Shown: positions 41,433-53,283 of the stretch, in pieces
Numbering within the stretch: position 1 is the stretch's first letter
How the letters are laid out: the number at the start of each line of letters is the position of its first letter
Assembly (NCBI RefSeq): GCF_006345805.1
Contig: NC_043008.1
Coordinates: forward strand, 24,056,001-24,120,000
Length of the DNA stretch: 64,000 bases
From: Octopus sinensis
Lineage: Eukaryota
Direction of reading: 5' to 3'
Notes under the pieces: generated by a model
The model's database searches: none
Seen by the model: only the letters and a program-made list of their open reading frames with translations
What the model was told of the DNA's origin: nothing
Translations under genes and position numbers: made by a program

Positions 41433-41497
41433 GCTGCAGATCACCAGTGATTTCGTAATTAACGCAGTATTTGCGTCCTTTACTCATCGGTGCCAGC
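41433..41497 (-). ncRNA. Hammerhead motif, CCGAUGA core
   Basis: GCTGGCA-CCGATGA-GTAA.GACGCA[AATAC]TGCGTT.TTAC-GAAA-TCAC[TG]GTGA-TC-TGCAGC; all three stems pair; AUC site. Confidence 0.75.
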
Positions 41498-41730
41498 ATG
41501 AATCAAGATTTATAATGAATGGATAAAATCAACATACCAGACGAACAACCATCGTATCCACCGTAGCATATAGAACTGTTCACCCCTTATACATCTATGT
41601 AAACGGCTGGCTTTTTCGAATTCCATTTCGGTAACAACGTGCTTATTTGGAATAAAAATTCAGTATTGAATATACGCCGGTGAAATTTATAATTTAAAAA
41701 TAGGATAAAATCTTCACGCTAACTACTTGA

Positions 41731-41775
<45 letters not shown>

Positions 41776-41870
41776 TATTTCTAAATCTCTCTAAAGGAGA
41801 CTGCAGCAGCGGTAATGGATATTAATAGTTATCACCAAGCTAACAGCGACACCTGCTGGGTTTGGCTACT

Positions 41871-41911
41871 CTACATTGATAAGGGGCAACTACCCCGAAA
41901 CTAGTCTGTAG
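41871..41911 (+). ncRNA. Hammerhead motif with decayed core (TTGATAA)
   Basis: CTACA-TTGATAA-GGGG[CAACTA]CCCC-GAAA-CTAG-TC-TGTAG. Stems are perfect, with two transitions in the core. The unit has ~20-bp inverted ends at 41826-41845 / 42058-42077. Confidence 0.7.
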
Positions 41912-42139
41912 GTGCCTAACCATCAAGGGGAAGCTGTTGACCTCCCCTGTTCGAAGGTTATAATGGACACAGGTTCGTGTGTCACATAGCTAGCTAGAGG
42001 TGATGGCCTCTTGTAGCTAATGTAGAGCAGCATTCGTCCTATTTTCTTGGACTGTCATGTTAGCTTGGCGATAACTATATATATATATATATTATATATA
42101 CAGCCAAACAGACAGACAGCCAGCCAGGCAGACATGTAG

Positions 42140-42198
<59 letters not shown>

Positions 42199-42383
42199 GA
42201 GATAAAACCACTATTAGGCAAATCAAACAGTGAAAAACATAAACCAAAACATAGAAATAAAATTAATTAATATAATATACAAAAAATATATAAAATATAA
42301 AATTCAAAATTTAAATTATTTAAATTTAAAGTTAAAATTTTAAAAAAAAATTTTATTATTAACTTATAAATTTATATATATAT

Positions 42384-42491
<108 letters not shown>

Positions 42492-42523
42492 ATACCGGAG
42501 TAAACATGAATGTGAAACAAAAA

Positions 42524-42561
42524 CTGTCTGATGAACGGCAACGAGAAACTCAGAGTAACAG
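42524..42561 (+). ncRNA. Minimal type I hammerhead ribozyme, intact core
   Basis: CTGT-CTGATGA-A-CG[GCAA]CG-A-GAAA-CTC[A]GAG-TA-ACAG; GUA site; stem I extendable (CAAAAACTGT/ACAGATTTTG). Confidence 0.8.
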
Positions 42562-42593
42562 ATTTTGTTGAATTTTCTGCTGCTTAAAATAAA

Positions 42594-42688
<95 letters not shown>

Positions 42689-42699
42689 ATTTATGTTGG

Positions 42700-42992
42700 T
42701 TTATGTTTTCCAGTTTCAGCTCTTGAGCTGTGGCCATGCTGGGGCACCACCATTTGGTGTTGCTAACTGATTTTACCTCACGAATGCTTTTTAGCAACTG
42801 CCATTTGGTGCATGAGAGAGTTTGATGCAGCTGCCCTCATCTGCACCTCCTGCCGTGAAGTTGGTTCATCCTGGACACCTGACAGGAAGAGATCCAGTCC
42901 TACTTTAAAGACCTCCGCATCCACCCCATGCAGGTCCCTCAGGTTCTTCGGGAGGATACTGAAGAGTTGTGGGCCTCTGAAGTACAGGCTAT
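42700..42992 (-). mobile_element. 3' end of a CR1-group LINE (ORF2 C-terminus + tail)
   Basis: SLYFRGPQLFSILPKNLRDLHGVDAEVFKVGLDLFLSGVQDEPT...RAAASNSLMHQ, then tail GGTGGTGCCCCAGCATGGCCACAGC. Confidence 0.75.
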
Positions 42993-43038
42993 AGCTATCA
43001 AAAAGTATTAAAAAGTTTAATATAAGATAAAAAGTAAA

Positions 43039-43138
43039 ACCACTACGATCGTTTCATGCCCATAACCTAATTCGAATAACAATAATTTAAATTCAATTAA
43101 TAATTCAAATTATGGTTATAGTCAATCTTCAGGTTAAT
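43039..43138 (-). ncRNA. Hammerhead motif, minus-strand copy of 45425-45524
   Basis: Plus strand reads TACGATCGTTTC ... TCTTCAG. Confidence 0.6.
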
Positions 43139-43834
43139 GATAATATTTAAATAAATAATCAAATATATTTAAACAACATTTTTTAAAGAAATAAGTAAAT
43201 AATAATTTTTCTTATAAGAAACTCTATTATCAAACTGGAAACTTTAACGATTATGATTATGTCATACAATCGATTATAGTGTTAAATATTAATTTTTAAG
43301 GTAAGAATAGATAGAAAATGTATTTATTCAGATATAATATGGTTTTAAAAAAACATAATTAACCCACAAATAATCAAATCTCAGTTATAGTCAATATCTA
43401 ATTACCTAAATATTTAACAAAAAAAAAACACTATTCATATTATTAAATTTAATTTCAAGTCAAATAATTATATAATACTTGAATAATAACTGAATTATCA
43501 ATGAATATATATAAATGTATACAAACATAAGAATTAAGATCTAAAATTATCTGTATCAATAAATATATATGCACGTATAATAAATTAATTATTCATTATT
43601 ACTTATAAATATATTAAAAAATTGAAGATGAAAAAGCTAATTGTAAACAAACAAACTATCTTAAAAGAACACTGTAACTAATTAACGATCCATATATCTC
43701 GTTGGCTAATTAATAACTTACAAAAACCGTATAGTTAAGAATTAAATTGAAATAAAAAATTTCTTAATGAAATAATCAATTGATTAGTATTTATTTTGAA
43801 TATTAATAATATGATATATAATATATATATATAC

Positions 43835-44242
43835 TCTTACTCTCTTTTACTCTTTTACTTCTTTCAATCATTTGACCGCGGCCATGCTGGAGCACCGCCT
43901 TTAATCGAGCAAATCGACCCCGGGACTTATTCTTTTGTAAGCCTAGTACTTATTCTATCGGTCTCTTTTGCCGAACTGCTAAGTAACGGGGACATAAACA
44001 CACCAGCATCGGTTGTGAAGCAATGCTAGGGGAAAAAACACAGGCACACAAACACACACACGCATATATATATATATACATATATACGACTGGCTTCTTT
44101 CAGTTTCCGTCTTCCAAATCCACTCACAAGGATTTGGTCGTCCGAGGCTATAGTAGAAGACACTTGCCCAAGGTGCCACGCAGTAGGACTGAACCCGGAA
44201 CCATGTGGTTGGTAAACAAGCTACTTACCACACAGCCGCTCC
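43835..44242 (-). mobile_element. CORE-like tRNA-SINE, full length
   Basis: Reverse complement of the 25927-26285 family (GGAGCGGCTGTGTGG, GGTTCAGTCC, GGCACCTTGGGCAAGTG, tail GGCGGTGCTCCAGCATGGCCGCGG). Confidence 0.9.
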
Positions 44243-45424
44243 TGTATATATACTTATCTTATACTAGAGTTAAGTTTATATTTTGTTATATTTCTGTTAT
44301 AAATTAGTTAAACCTTGCAAAGCTAAGTATATATTTATATTTAAGATTTAAAAATTTTTAAAATTTAAATATTTTAATATGTATTATTGTATAATTTTGT
44401 ATTTATATAAATACTGATTGTTATGTAATGATTTGGTTATCATAGTTTTTTTTATATAATTATTAGATTTTAACTCTACGTTTATTCGTAAGACTTTACT
44501 TAGCCAAAGAGATATATAGATCGTTAACAGTTATACGAGTTTTTTAAAGTTAGGTTTCATGTATAGACATGTATTGATAGCATAAATTTTAGTCTTTAAT
44601 AACTATATTTGTTGAGAGCTATTTTAAATATTTTATAATTGCTATTATAACATATATATTGATTTCTTCAGTGGATAATTAGTAATAGCATTTTTTCCAT
44701 TGATAGATATATTCGTAGCATATATTGGATATTATATAACTACGGATTGATTATTTCACTATATAACTACGGATTGATTATTTCATTAAGTATTTTTTAT
44801 TTCCTTTTAATTCTTAACTATACGGTTTTTGTAAGTTATTATTTAGCCAACGAGATATATGGATCGTTAATTAGTTATAGCGTTCTTTTAAGATAGTTTG
44901 TTTGTTTACAATTAGCTTTTTCATCTTCAATTTTTTAATATATTTATAAGTAATAATGAATAATTAATTTATTATACGTGCATATATATTTATTGATAGA
45001 GATAATTTTAGATTTTAATTCTTATGTTTGTATACATTTATATATATTCATTGATAATTCAGTTATTATTCAAGTATTATATAATTATTTGACTTGAAAT
45101 TAAATTTAATAATATGAATAGTGTTTTTTGTTAAATATTTAGTTAAGTAGATATTGACTATAACTGAGATTTGATTATTTGTGGGTTTATTATGTTTTTT
45201 TAAAACCATATTATATCTGAATAAATACATTTTCTATCTATTCTTACCTTTAAAATTATTACTTAAAAATTAATATTTAACATTATAATCGATTGTTATG
45301 ACATAATCATAATCGTTAAAGTTTCCACTTTGATAATAGAGTTTCTTATAAGAAAAATTATTATTTATTTATTTATTTTTAAAAAATTGTTTAAATATAT
45401 TTGATTATTTATTTAAATATTATC

Positions 45425-45524
45425 ATTAACCTGAAGATGGACTATAACCATAATTCAAATTATTAATTGAATTTAAATTATTGTTATTCGAATTAGGTTA
45501 TGGGCATGAAACGATCGTAGTGGT
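45425..45524 (+). ncRNA. Hammerhead motif with long stem II
   Basis: ATTAAC-CTGAAGA-TGGACTATAACC...GGTTATGGGCAT-GAAA-CGATCG-TA-GTGGT. Core and palindromic stem III are intact; stem I is weak. Confidence 0.6.
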
Positions 45525-46009
45525 TTTACTTTTTATCTTATATTAAACTTTTTAATACTTTTTGATAGTTATATATTAAAAAAAAATATAAAAAAATAAA
45601 AAAATAAAAAGAAAAATATGAAATAATAAATCCTTAAAATCCTTTAAAATGTTTTAGCCCGAAGGCCGCGGCCATGCTAGGGCACCACCGCTGAAATAAT
45701 AATAAAAATAAAAATAATAAATATATATATATACCAAATATATATATATATATATACCATATATATATATATATATATACCAAATGTAGGATAAAATATT
45801 TTTCGAAAAAATTCTTTTCGAAAAAAATTTTTAAAAATACCATTAAAGGTTAAATTTATAAACAATTCGTAAATAAGGGCAATCGAAAAAATTTCTAATG
45901 CCAAATATGCCGAAAAATTGGACATATTGTCCATTAACCATATAATTGTTTCACAATACGCACGCTACTCGAAAAAAGGTCGACAGAAATTTCTAAAAAA
46001 TTCCATTAT

Positions 46010-46067
46010 TACCATATCGGACCGATTTCATGGTTAGCTTATAACAGCCTTCCCTTCTTCAGTGATA
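46010..46067 (-). ncRNA. Hammerhead motif, minus-strand copy
   Basis: Plus strand TACCA-TA-TCGGACCGA-TTTC...TCTTCAG-TGATA. Confidence 0.7.
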
Positions 46068-46408
46068 CATGTGGCAAAAGGAATAAATGAGAAACTTCTA
46101 AGTCATGAGCACAATTAAGTACCCCAAATACATCCAAAATAGAAATACTCCAGCCCATTCGAGGCACGTGCGATTTGAACTGAGAATTTTTTTCGAAAAA
46201 TATTTTATCCTACATTTGATATAAATTTAAGCGTTCACTTCCGGACTCTTTCACTCTGTGAGAGCCTCAGTTCAAATCGCACGTGTCTCGAATAGGCTGG
46301 AGTATTTCTATTTTGGATGTATTTGGGGTACTTAATTGTACTCACGACTTAGTGTTTGCTTCTTCCATGGGTATGAGTAAGTTTCTCATTTATTTCTTTT
46401 GCCACATG

Positions 46409-46466
46409 TATCACTGAAGAAGGGAGGGCTGTTATAAACTAATCCTGAAATCGGTCCGATATGGTA
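46409..46466 (+). ncRNA. Hammerhead motif, intact core
   Basis: TATCA-CTGAAGA-AGG...CCT-GAAA-TCGG[T]CCGA-TA-TGGTA; near-palindromic stem III; AUA site. Confidence 0.75.
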
Positions 46467-46859
46467 ATAATGGAATTTTTTAGAAATTTCTGTCGACCTT
46501 TTTCTGAGTAGCGTGCGTATTGTGAAAAAATTATATGGTTAATGGACAATATGTCCAATTTTTCGGCTTATTTGGCATTAGAAATTTTTTCGATTGCTCT
46601 TATTTACGAATTATATATCCATATATATAAATTTATAAGTATAAATTAATAATTAAAATTTTTTTTTAAATTTTAACTTCAAATTATATATTTTTGTATA
46701 TTATATTAACTAATTTTATTTCTATGTTTTGGTTTATGTTTTTCACTGTTTGATTTGCCTAATAGTCGTTTTATCTCTAATTTAATATATATATTTATAC
46801 TGTAAAATTAGATTTAATTCTAAATCTAATTTTTACCCTGTAAGTTTGGATTTACTCCC

Positions 46860-47016
<157 letters not shown>

Positions 47017-47869
47017 CTGTAATGACATCCATCCTTTCGGAGTCGATAAAAAAGTTAACAGCTCCATTAGAAATCAAATGAGATTCCTAGCGGAATCCGT
47101 ACTAAGTCTTCGTGTTCTAACGGTAACGTCCGTAACATTACTGAAGACATGCTATATCGATCTTTCTAGGAAGTTTTATTTCTGAACAGTAATTGTGGGT
47201 AGGTAGAGGCAATAGCTCGTCTTACACAAGAATCCTTGCGCAGGCTTTCGCATGTAGGTGCAGGTGCATGCTCAACACTCAGCGCGGGATGCTCAAAAAT
47301 ATTATGTAGAATTGTGTGTGTAAGTACAATTTATGTATGTGTGTGTGTTAATTCTAACGTGAATACACACTCAGGTATTGCATACTTGTGATTTATAGGA
47401 GTTTCTTAGGACTATGTTGTTGAGGGATAATCTTAAAACTATTTTATCTTACATTATTTTATATTTTACCTACGTCAGCAGTCACAAATAGGGTCACCAA
47501 ACAGAAACTATTGCCGTCCTCTCCCACATCATATACTAGTTGTCCCTTTATACCTTAATCATAAGATCTTATCGCAAAGCAGCCTACCTATGGCATCTAA
47601 TAGTTGTTGGTTTCTCGCCTCACCCCCATACTATTCTATACGAACTTAGTATATGACTTCAACTATATTAAATGCGTTCACAATCTATCAAGTTTTGAAA
47701 TTGCAATCCTACGACTTTCTGATCATGTGATCTTTCATGCATTTGAACTATTTACTCGAATATTCCTTCAGGACTAGATTAAATATAATCTTTTCCCTTC
47801 CGCTATTTTACAAAAACATTTTTATCAATGTTACTTCATATATGATTTCACTAAAGTTTGAATGAATAA

Positions 47870-49802
47870 CACTGGTCTGCATTTGGGATTTTTTAAATAT
47901 TTTTATTCATGGATGTAATGTTACATATTCTTGGGGCGCTGATTTTAAATATCTAAACCATTTTGCTCTGTTAGATAAGGATATTGAATAAAATACAAAT
48001 TAATAATAATAAAAAAAAATGTGAATTTTTAATAAATCGTTACTTTATCAAAATGGATCAAGTAATCAAGGAAAAGCACATTTTGTTAGTTTTGAAATGA
48101 ACCACGTTCATCATGAAATGAATCAGAATTATCAACATCAAAGCAAATTAATGTAAAAAGAATATGCTCCTAATGGTTGTTGATTCAAAGGAAGGAGGAC
48201 CGCTTTGATTTCTGCTTGTGTTGTGCATCGGGACCATTACGTTTCAATGACCAGCAGTAATCCACCATCAATTTGACATTCCATTTGCCCTTGTATCGAG
48301 TTTCCATGGTGCAAATATCTTGATGGAACTTCTTGATGCTTCCTCAAAATGCTTGTCCCTCATCAATTCCCGAATCTGAGGGTCAACAAAGATTCTTGCT
48401 TTCAGCTTATCTTCATTTATACCAGAAAACTTTGACTCCAGATACTTGAAAGCAGCTCCATTCTTGTTCAAGATCTTCGCAAAATTTTTCGTAAGCCCTA
48501 ATTTGATGTGGAGTGGTGGCAGCAGAATTTGGGGGGATCAACTAGTGGCACAGATTTCACGTTGTGATTTCGGAGTAAGAAGCTGTTTCTTGGTGGCCAA
48601 TCATTTTGTTCATAATGCTGGCTCTCTGCCCTACTATCCCAAAGACACAGAAAACAGGGATACTTAGTGTATCTCTCTTGAATAGCTACTAGGAGAGCAA
48701 TAACTTTTAAATTACCACAAATGAAAAAATTATGATTATTATTATCTTCATATTTTCGTAAGTTTCTAGCATTTAGACGCTATTGCCAATTGGCACAGAT
48801 GCAGCTATGTTGTCATTGTAGAGAAGAACTGCCTAGAAGAATCAAGGAAGAGCCTCCATTCATCTGCTTTTTACGATCCTCATGTATTCAATAAGGCCAG
48901 AAATATTTGAACAGAAAACTAAAGAATCCTCTTTCTCAAAGAGCTGAGTGAAATCCGCTTCACGATGACAGTACCAAGAGAATGTTGTTCCAGGAGCTAG
49001 AAGCTTGTGTTCTTGCAGTCTAGAGCCAAGTAACTGTGCACTTTCTTTTGGAAGGTTAAGGTCTCTAACCAAGTCACTGAGCACAACGTAGTTGAAGAAT
49101 TTAGGGTTGTCATTTGTTGGTGGCTGATAGTCTGCTTCCATCTCATAAGTATCACTAGAATCACACTCTGATAAAATTTCCCGTGTCTCAGGTTGCACAG
49201 GTGCAGGAATATCATCTGAGTGTGGAACAGGCTTTATTGCTGGAGGAATATTTGGGTATATTATGCGATCCTTAGTCTTCTTGTTGAATCCAAAGTAGCA
49301 GTCATCATAGTGTTTCATTTTCTCCTGCCATACTATTGGTACTCCAAAGGGCATACTTTTAAGTTTTCAAACTGACCACATTTGAATCTTACTGATGCAA
49401 CTCTTGCAAGCTTTGTGGGGTGCAACTGGCTTGTCCTGGTCTCCCAGTCTGCAGCCAAAATATGCTAAATAGCAGCGCTTCAACAAAGGAGTAATATTGC
49501 TCCGGGAATCTGAAGGGGTGAATTGCCCACTGACAGCAGAATATATCTGGTGAATTGACGCAGCCTTTAGACATATTCACAGATTGAAACTAAAGAAAAC
49601 TATATTAGATTTAACATTTAAGTCAATATAAGGTAAGCATTTTAATTTATCATTTACTTATGTTATACAGAAGAGAAAAGTAACATCTCCGTAAAACTTG
49701 ACAGCCTGATGTGATAGAGATGAATTTAAAACACTCATTATTTTTCATATATATTCAGAAAAAGATACCATACAACTAATAAAAAAATCACGCAGACCAG
49801 TG
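47870..49802 (-). mobile_element. Chapaev3-type (CMC superfamily) DNA transposon with TIRs and TAA TSD
   Basis: TAA|CACTGGTCTGC ... GCAGACCAGTG|TAA; transposase pseudogene inside. Confidence 0.85.
48185..49574 (-). pseudogene. Chapaev3 transposase, frameshifted with internal deletion
   Basis: CVNSPDIFC; AYFGCRLGDQDK.APHKAC; MPFGVPIVW...HYDDCYF; DLVRDLNLPKESAQLLGSRL; TKYPCFLCLWDSR; LLPPLHIKLGL; FHQDI.TME.RY.GKW...DYCWSL. Confidence 0.85.
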
Positions 49803-51144
49803 TAATCAATGTAAGCTGTTTGCAGTTAAACTTGTGATTCCCTTCTCAGTATGTATCTTAAGCAAAATATTGAAGGTTTTTGTTTTGGATTAATGCAAAT
49901 ACGAGATATGGTTTAGTTATTAGGATTCAATAAAATACTTAACTTATATTTACGTCAATATCTCGTGAATTCAGACGGTAGGGAGAGGTAAATAAAAACT
50001 GAAGGGCATTTTGTCTAGCATTCTAACATTTCTGCTATGGCATTGCCTTTCAGTAGTGAAAATGTTCTCTGAGACTGACTCAGAGTCACGAATTCGGGGT
50101 GATTTAATCGATTCCAGTATTTAAGTATAAGCTATTTACCACACACAAGAAGATCAAAGATCATTATCAGTTTTGAACTCGGAATATAAAGCATATAACT
50201 AAATACTGCATGAGCATGTTCTGTATCTGTTTCTGCCATCAGTCTTTTTCGAAATGTTAAGAAATTTATCAATTCATTCGAATGCGCACCATTGGAATCG
50301 TACATGCCTTTACTCATTATGATCATTCATTTATTTTCTCATTATTCCACAATGTCTAGCGCACAAAGGAAATACACGCGCGTACGCAGACAGAGACAAT
50401 CACACATACACATGCATTCAAACATACGTACATATTTTATCTTGTTTTCACTTGTTTCATACATGTGACTGCGACCATGCTGGGGCACCGCTTTGAAAGA
50501 TTTTAGTAAAAGAAATCAACCCTAGCACGTTTTTTGTAAGTCTAGTACTTTACATATAGTCATATGTGTGTGTGTGTGTTAGTCTGTGCTTGTGTGATAC
50601 TTTCTGCTTGTGTGTATGCGTGTGTATGTATATACAAAGAGAGAGAGAGAGAGTGTGTGTGTGTGTGAAAGAGAGAGAGGGTGAGGGACAGATAGAGGTA
50701 ATGTTTATCTCCACTTAAAAACGCGGATGTTTTGTTAGAACAAACTATACTGTGGTAGATACCATGAAAGAAACTCTCATATTGGTTTTTGGTGGGAAAT
50801 GCACACTTGTTTCTATTGCTAGCGAGGAGATAAATCCCTGCCACCTCTAGCACTGAGATCACGTGATCTCAACCTTTTTCATTCTTATCAATGATAGAAT
50901 GCTCGACTACTAGAGGTAGCAGCTACTCATCTCCCCACCAGTGATATGTAGAAAGACAGTGTCTCAACAGGCGCTGGTGTCGCGATTAGCCAGTGAGATT
51001 GTCTTAAAATAGCAGCTGTTATGAGGAGACTCATTGTGTGTGTGTGTTTGTGCTTGTGTGTGTGAGTGTGTGTGCGTGAGTGTGTGTGTGTATGTGTGTG
51101 TGCGCGTGCGTGCGTATGTGTGTGTGTCTGTCTGTCTGTCTGTA

Positions 51145-52010
51145 ACGGGTCTCCTCATAACAGCTGCTGAATCAGGCAGCCAACAATATCCAATGAGGAG
51201 TTTCATGGATGATCTTACAATGACAACCTACAACCACAACTGATATGAAGGCGAAAAAGAGACAGAATGAAGTTTAAGCCCAAGAAATCTGGGGATATGA
51301 TGATCAAGAGAGACAAATTAACAAAAGAAATCAAGCTACAGGAGCCAAGAGAAGCTATTTCACCAATAAAGGAAAATCCTATCAAATGCTTTGAGAAGAA
51401 GTTTAACAATTCGCTCTCAGACAGAAGGAATGTCACCAATACTGAGAAGCAAGCAGAGGAATGACTGAAAAGGACTAAAAGATCAGGAATCAGGAAAATA
51501 CAAGGCCTGTCTCTACCAAGACGGACTGCTTCCAAGGCTCATATGGTTATTGCAATGACAAGAGTATAAAGAATGGAAAGGAAGGTAAATAAATACCTCC
51601 GAAGTGGCTAGGTGTGCCCTCAAGCTTCACTTCAATAGGTCTGTACATAAAATCTGGACAGCTACAACTTCCTCTGTCATCTGTAGTGGATGAATTTAAA
51701 GTCGCGAAATATAGAGTTGTGATAACCTACAGAGACTCCCAGGATGTGAGAGTCGGACATGCAGATATCAGAAGGTCCAGACGAAAATGGGTGGCTAGCA
51801 CCACATTCATACAGGCTGAAAGCATGCTGAAACTTCGCGACGTTATTGGAATTACACGCAGAGGTTGGCAGGATCAAGAGAGGTCAAGAACTGTGGAGCT
51901 GGTACCTCAAGGTGCCGGGACTAAATGGGACATACCCAAGAGGAAGATCGCCCGTGGAGACAGGAACATTCCCGTATCTGGTGCACAAATCGGATTGAAG
52001 GAGGACCAGT
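51145..52010 (+). mobile_element. Hero (R2-group) non-LTR retrotransposon RT fragment
   Basis: PMRSFMDDLT; MKFKPKKS; LLPRLIW; WLGVPSSFTSIGLY...LQLPLSSVVDEFKVAK; RKW.A. Confidence 0.75.
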
Positions 52011-52419
52011 AGAATTCGAAGTCGTATAAGTTAGTTTATTAATAAACATTCTTCCAGTGATGAAGTCAGAGACTTAACTACTGCTCTCACAGATACTAAT
52101 TCGTATCAGGAAATTAAGCAGGAATACTGAAATGTATCGCTCGTTCGCAGCAGAAGCGCTTGGGCCAACTTTTGTACAATAAAACCTTAGGAGATAAAAA
52201 GCCTTTACAACTCATAAGAAGAATAAAGGAACTACTGGAAAACTTCTTTAGAAGAATTTATCTTTCATACGACGTGGCAGCAGTATGACAAAATCGAGGT
52301 ATTCTCAGTAAAAAAACTGGAGCTTTGAGAAAGACCTCGTTTCTTTATGCATTCGGCTTCGCATTTTAGGAAGTTGAAAATTGCTTAGGAAGTATTTAGC
52401 CTCATGTTGCAGCTCGGTA

Positions 52420-53040
52420 TTTTTCGACCTTCTTCTAGTGATTGTTCTTTTTCCTTATATGTGGTTCCCAAAAAGGCCGAAGGTCACTTAGGATATCAAA
52501 ATGGTGTCGGATACATATCCTACCTTTAAGATTTCTCATCCTCTTTACACGGTGCTATTGTTTTTTCGAAGATACATTTAGTTCGGGCCTGTTACCGGAT
52601 TTCCACTGAACCGAGTGAATTCATAATACGGCTATTACTGCATCATTTTTTAAGGCTATATGAATTCGTTAGTATACCTTTCGGGCCCCCGAATTCTGTG
52701 AATTCCTTCCAAAGACTAACTGATGAAGTTACTCATTTTTGCTTATATTCAACGCTAGTACATCGGAATTGGAACAAAAACATCGTCTAAATCACCTCTT
52801 CACTAGATGAGCACATTGCAAAGTAATCATTAACTCCGGAAATGTAAATTTGGTGTTTAATCTTTAATTTTGGGGGTCACATTATTGATAGCAATAGTAA
52901 TCGTCCGATGGCGGGAAAGGTAAATGCAATTGTACAGTTTCCAGCCCCTACTTCTTTACGAAAATACATGAATTATCTGACTTGGTCACTTTGATTTTTA
53001 CAGGTGTTTTATTCTGCACTGAGTAGAAATGATTTACCCT
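52420..53040 (+). mobile_element. Degenerate Ty3/Gypsy RT remnant
   Basis: VVPKK; DFSSSLHGAIVFSKIHLVRA; LYEFVSIPFGPPNSVNSFQRLTDEV; KCKFG; KVNAIVQFPAPTSLRK. Confidence 0.7.
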
Positions 53041-53243
53041 TTAACTTTATTTACGTAATCAGAAAAACGAAAAATGAAAACATTTCCTTCTAAAACTGCT
53101 TGTAAATTTCATATTTATCTTATGTCTAACACCAGCACTCCGTGTTTTACTATTCCCGAAATATTGCCCACTCGTCCAATTCAATTTTATAAGTTGTGTG
53201 TGCGTGTGTTTGTGTGTGTGTGTGTGTGTTTGTGTGTGTGTGC

Positions 53244-53283
<40 letters not shown>

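Larger units (their letters stand above)
42995..45568. repeat. ~750-bp inverted repeat (42995-43746 / 44806-45568), each arm with a hammerhead motif
   Basis: Arms are reverse-complementary along their length. The spacer contains a SINE. Confidence 0.9.
45864..46612. repeat. ~320-bp fold-back (45864-46184 / 46266-46612) with two opposed hammerheads
   Basis: Arms are reverse-complementary apart from a ~26-bp indel. A second 35-bp inverted pair lies at 45781-45815 / 46183-46218. Confidence 0.9.

Noticed and set aside
52720-52730. CTGATGA motif
   Set aside because: Part of the Gypsy RT coding remnant (LTDEV); no ribozyme stems.
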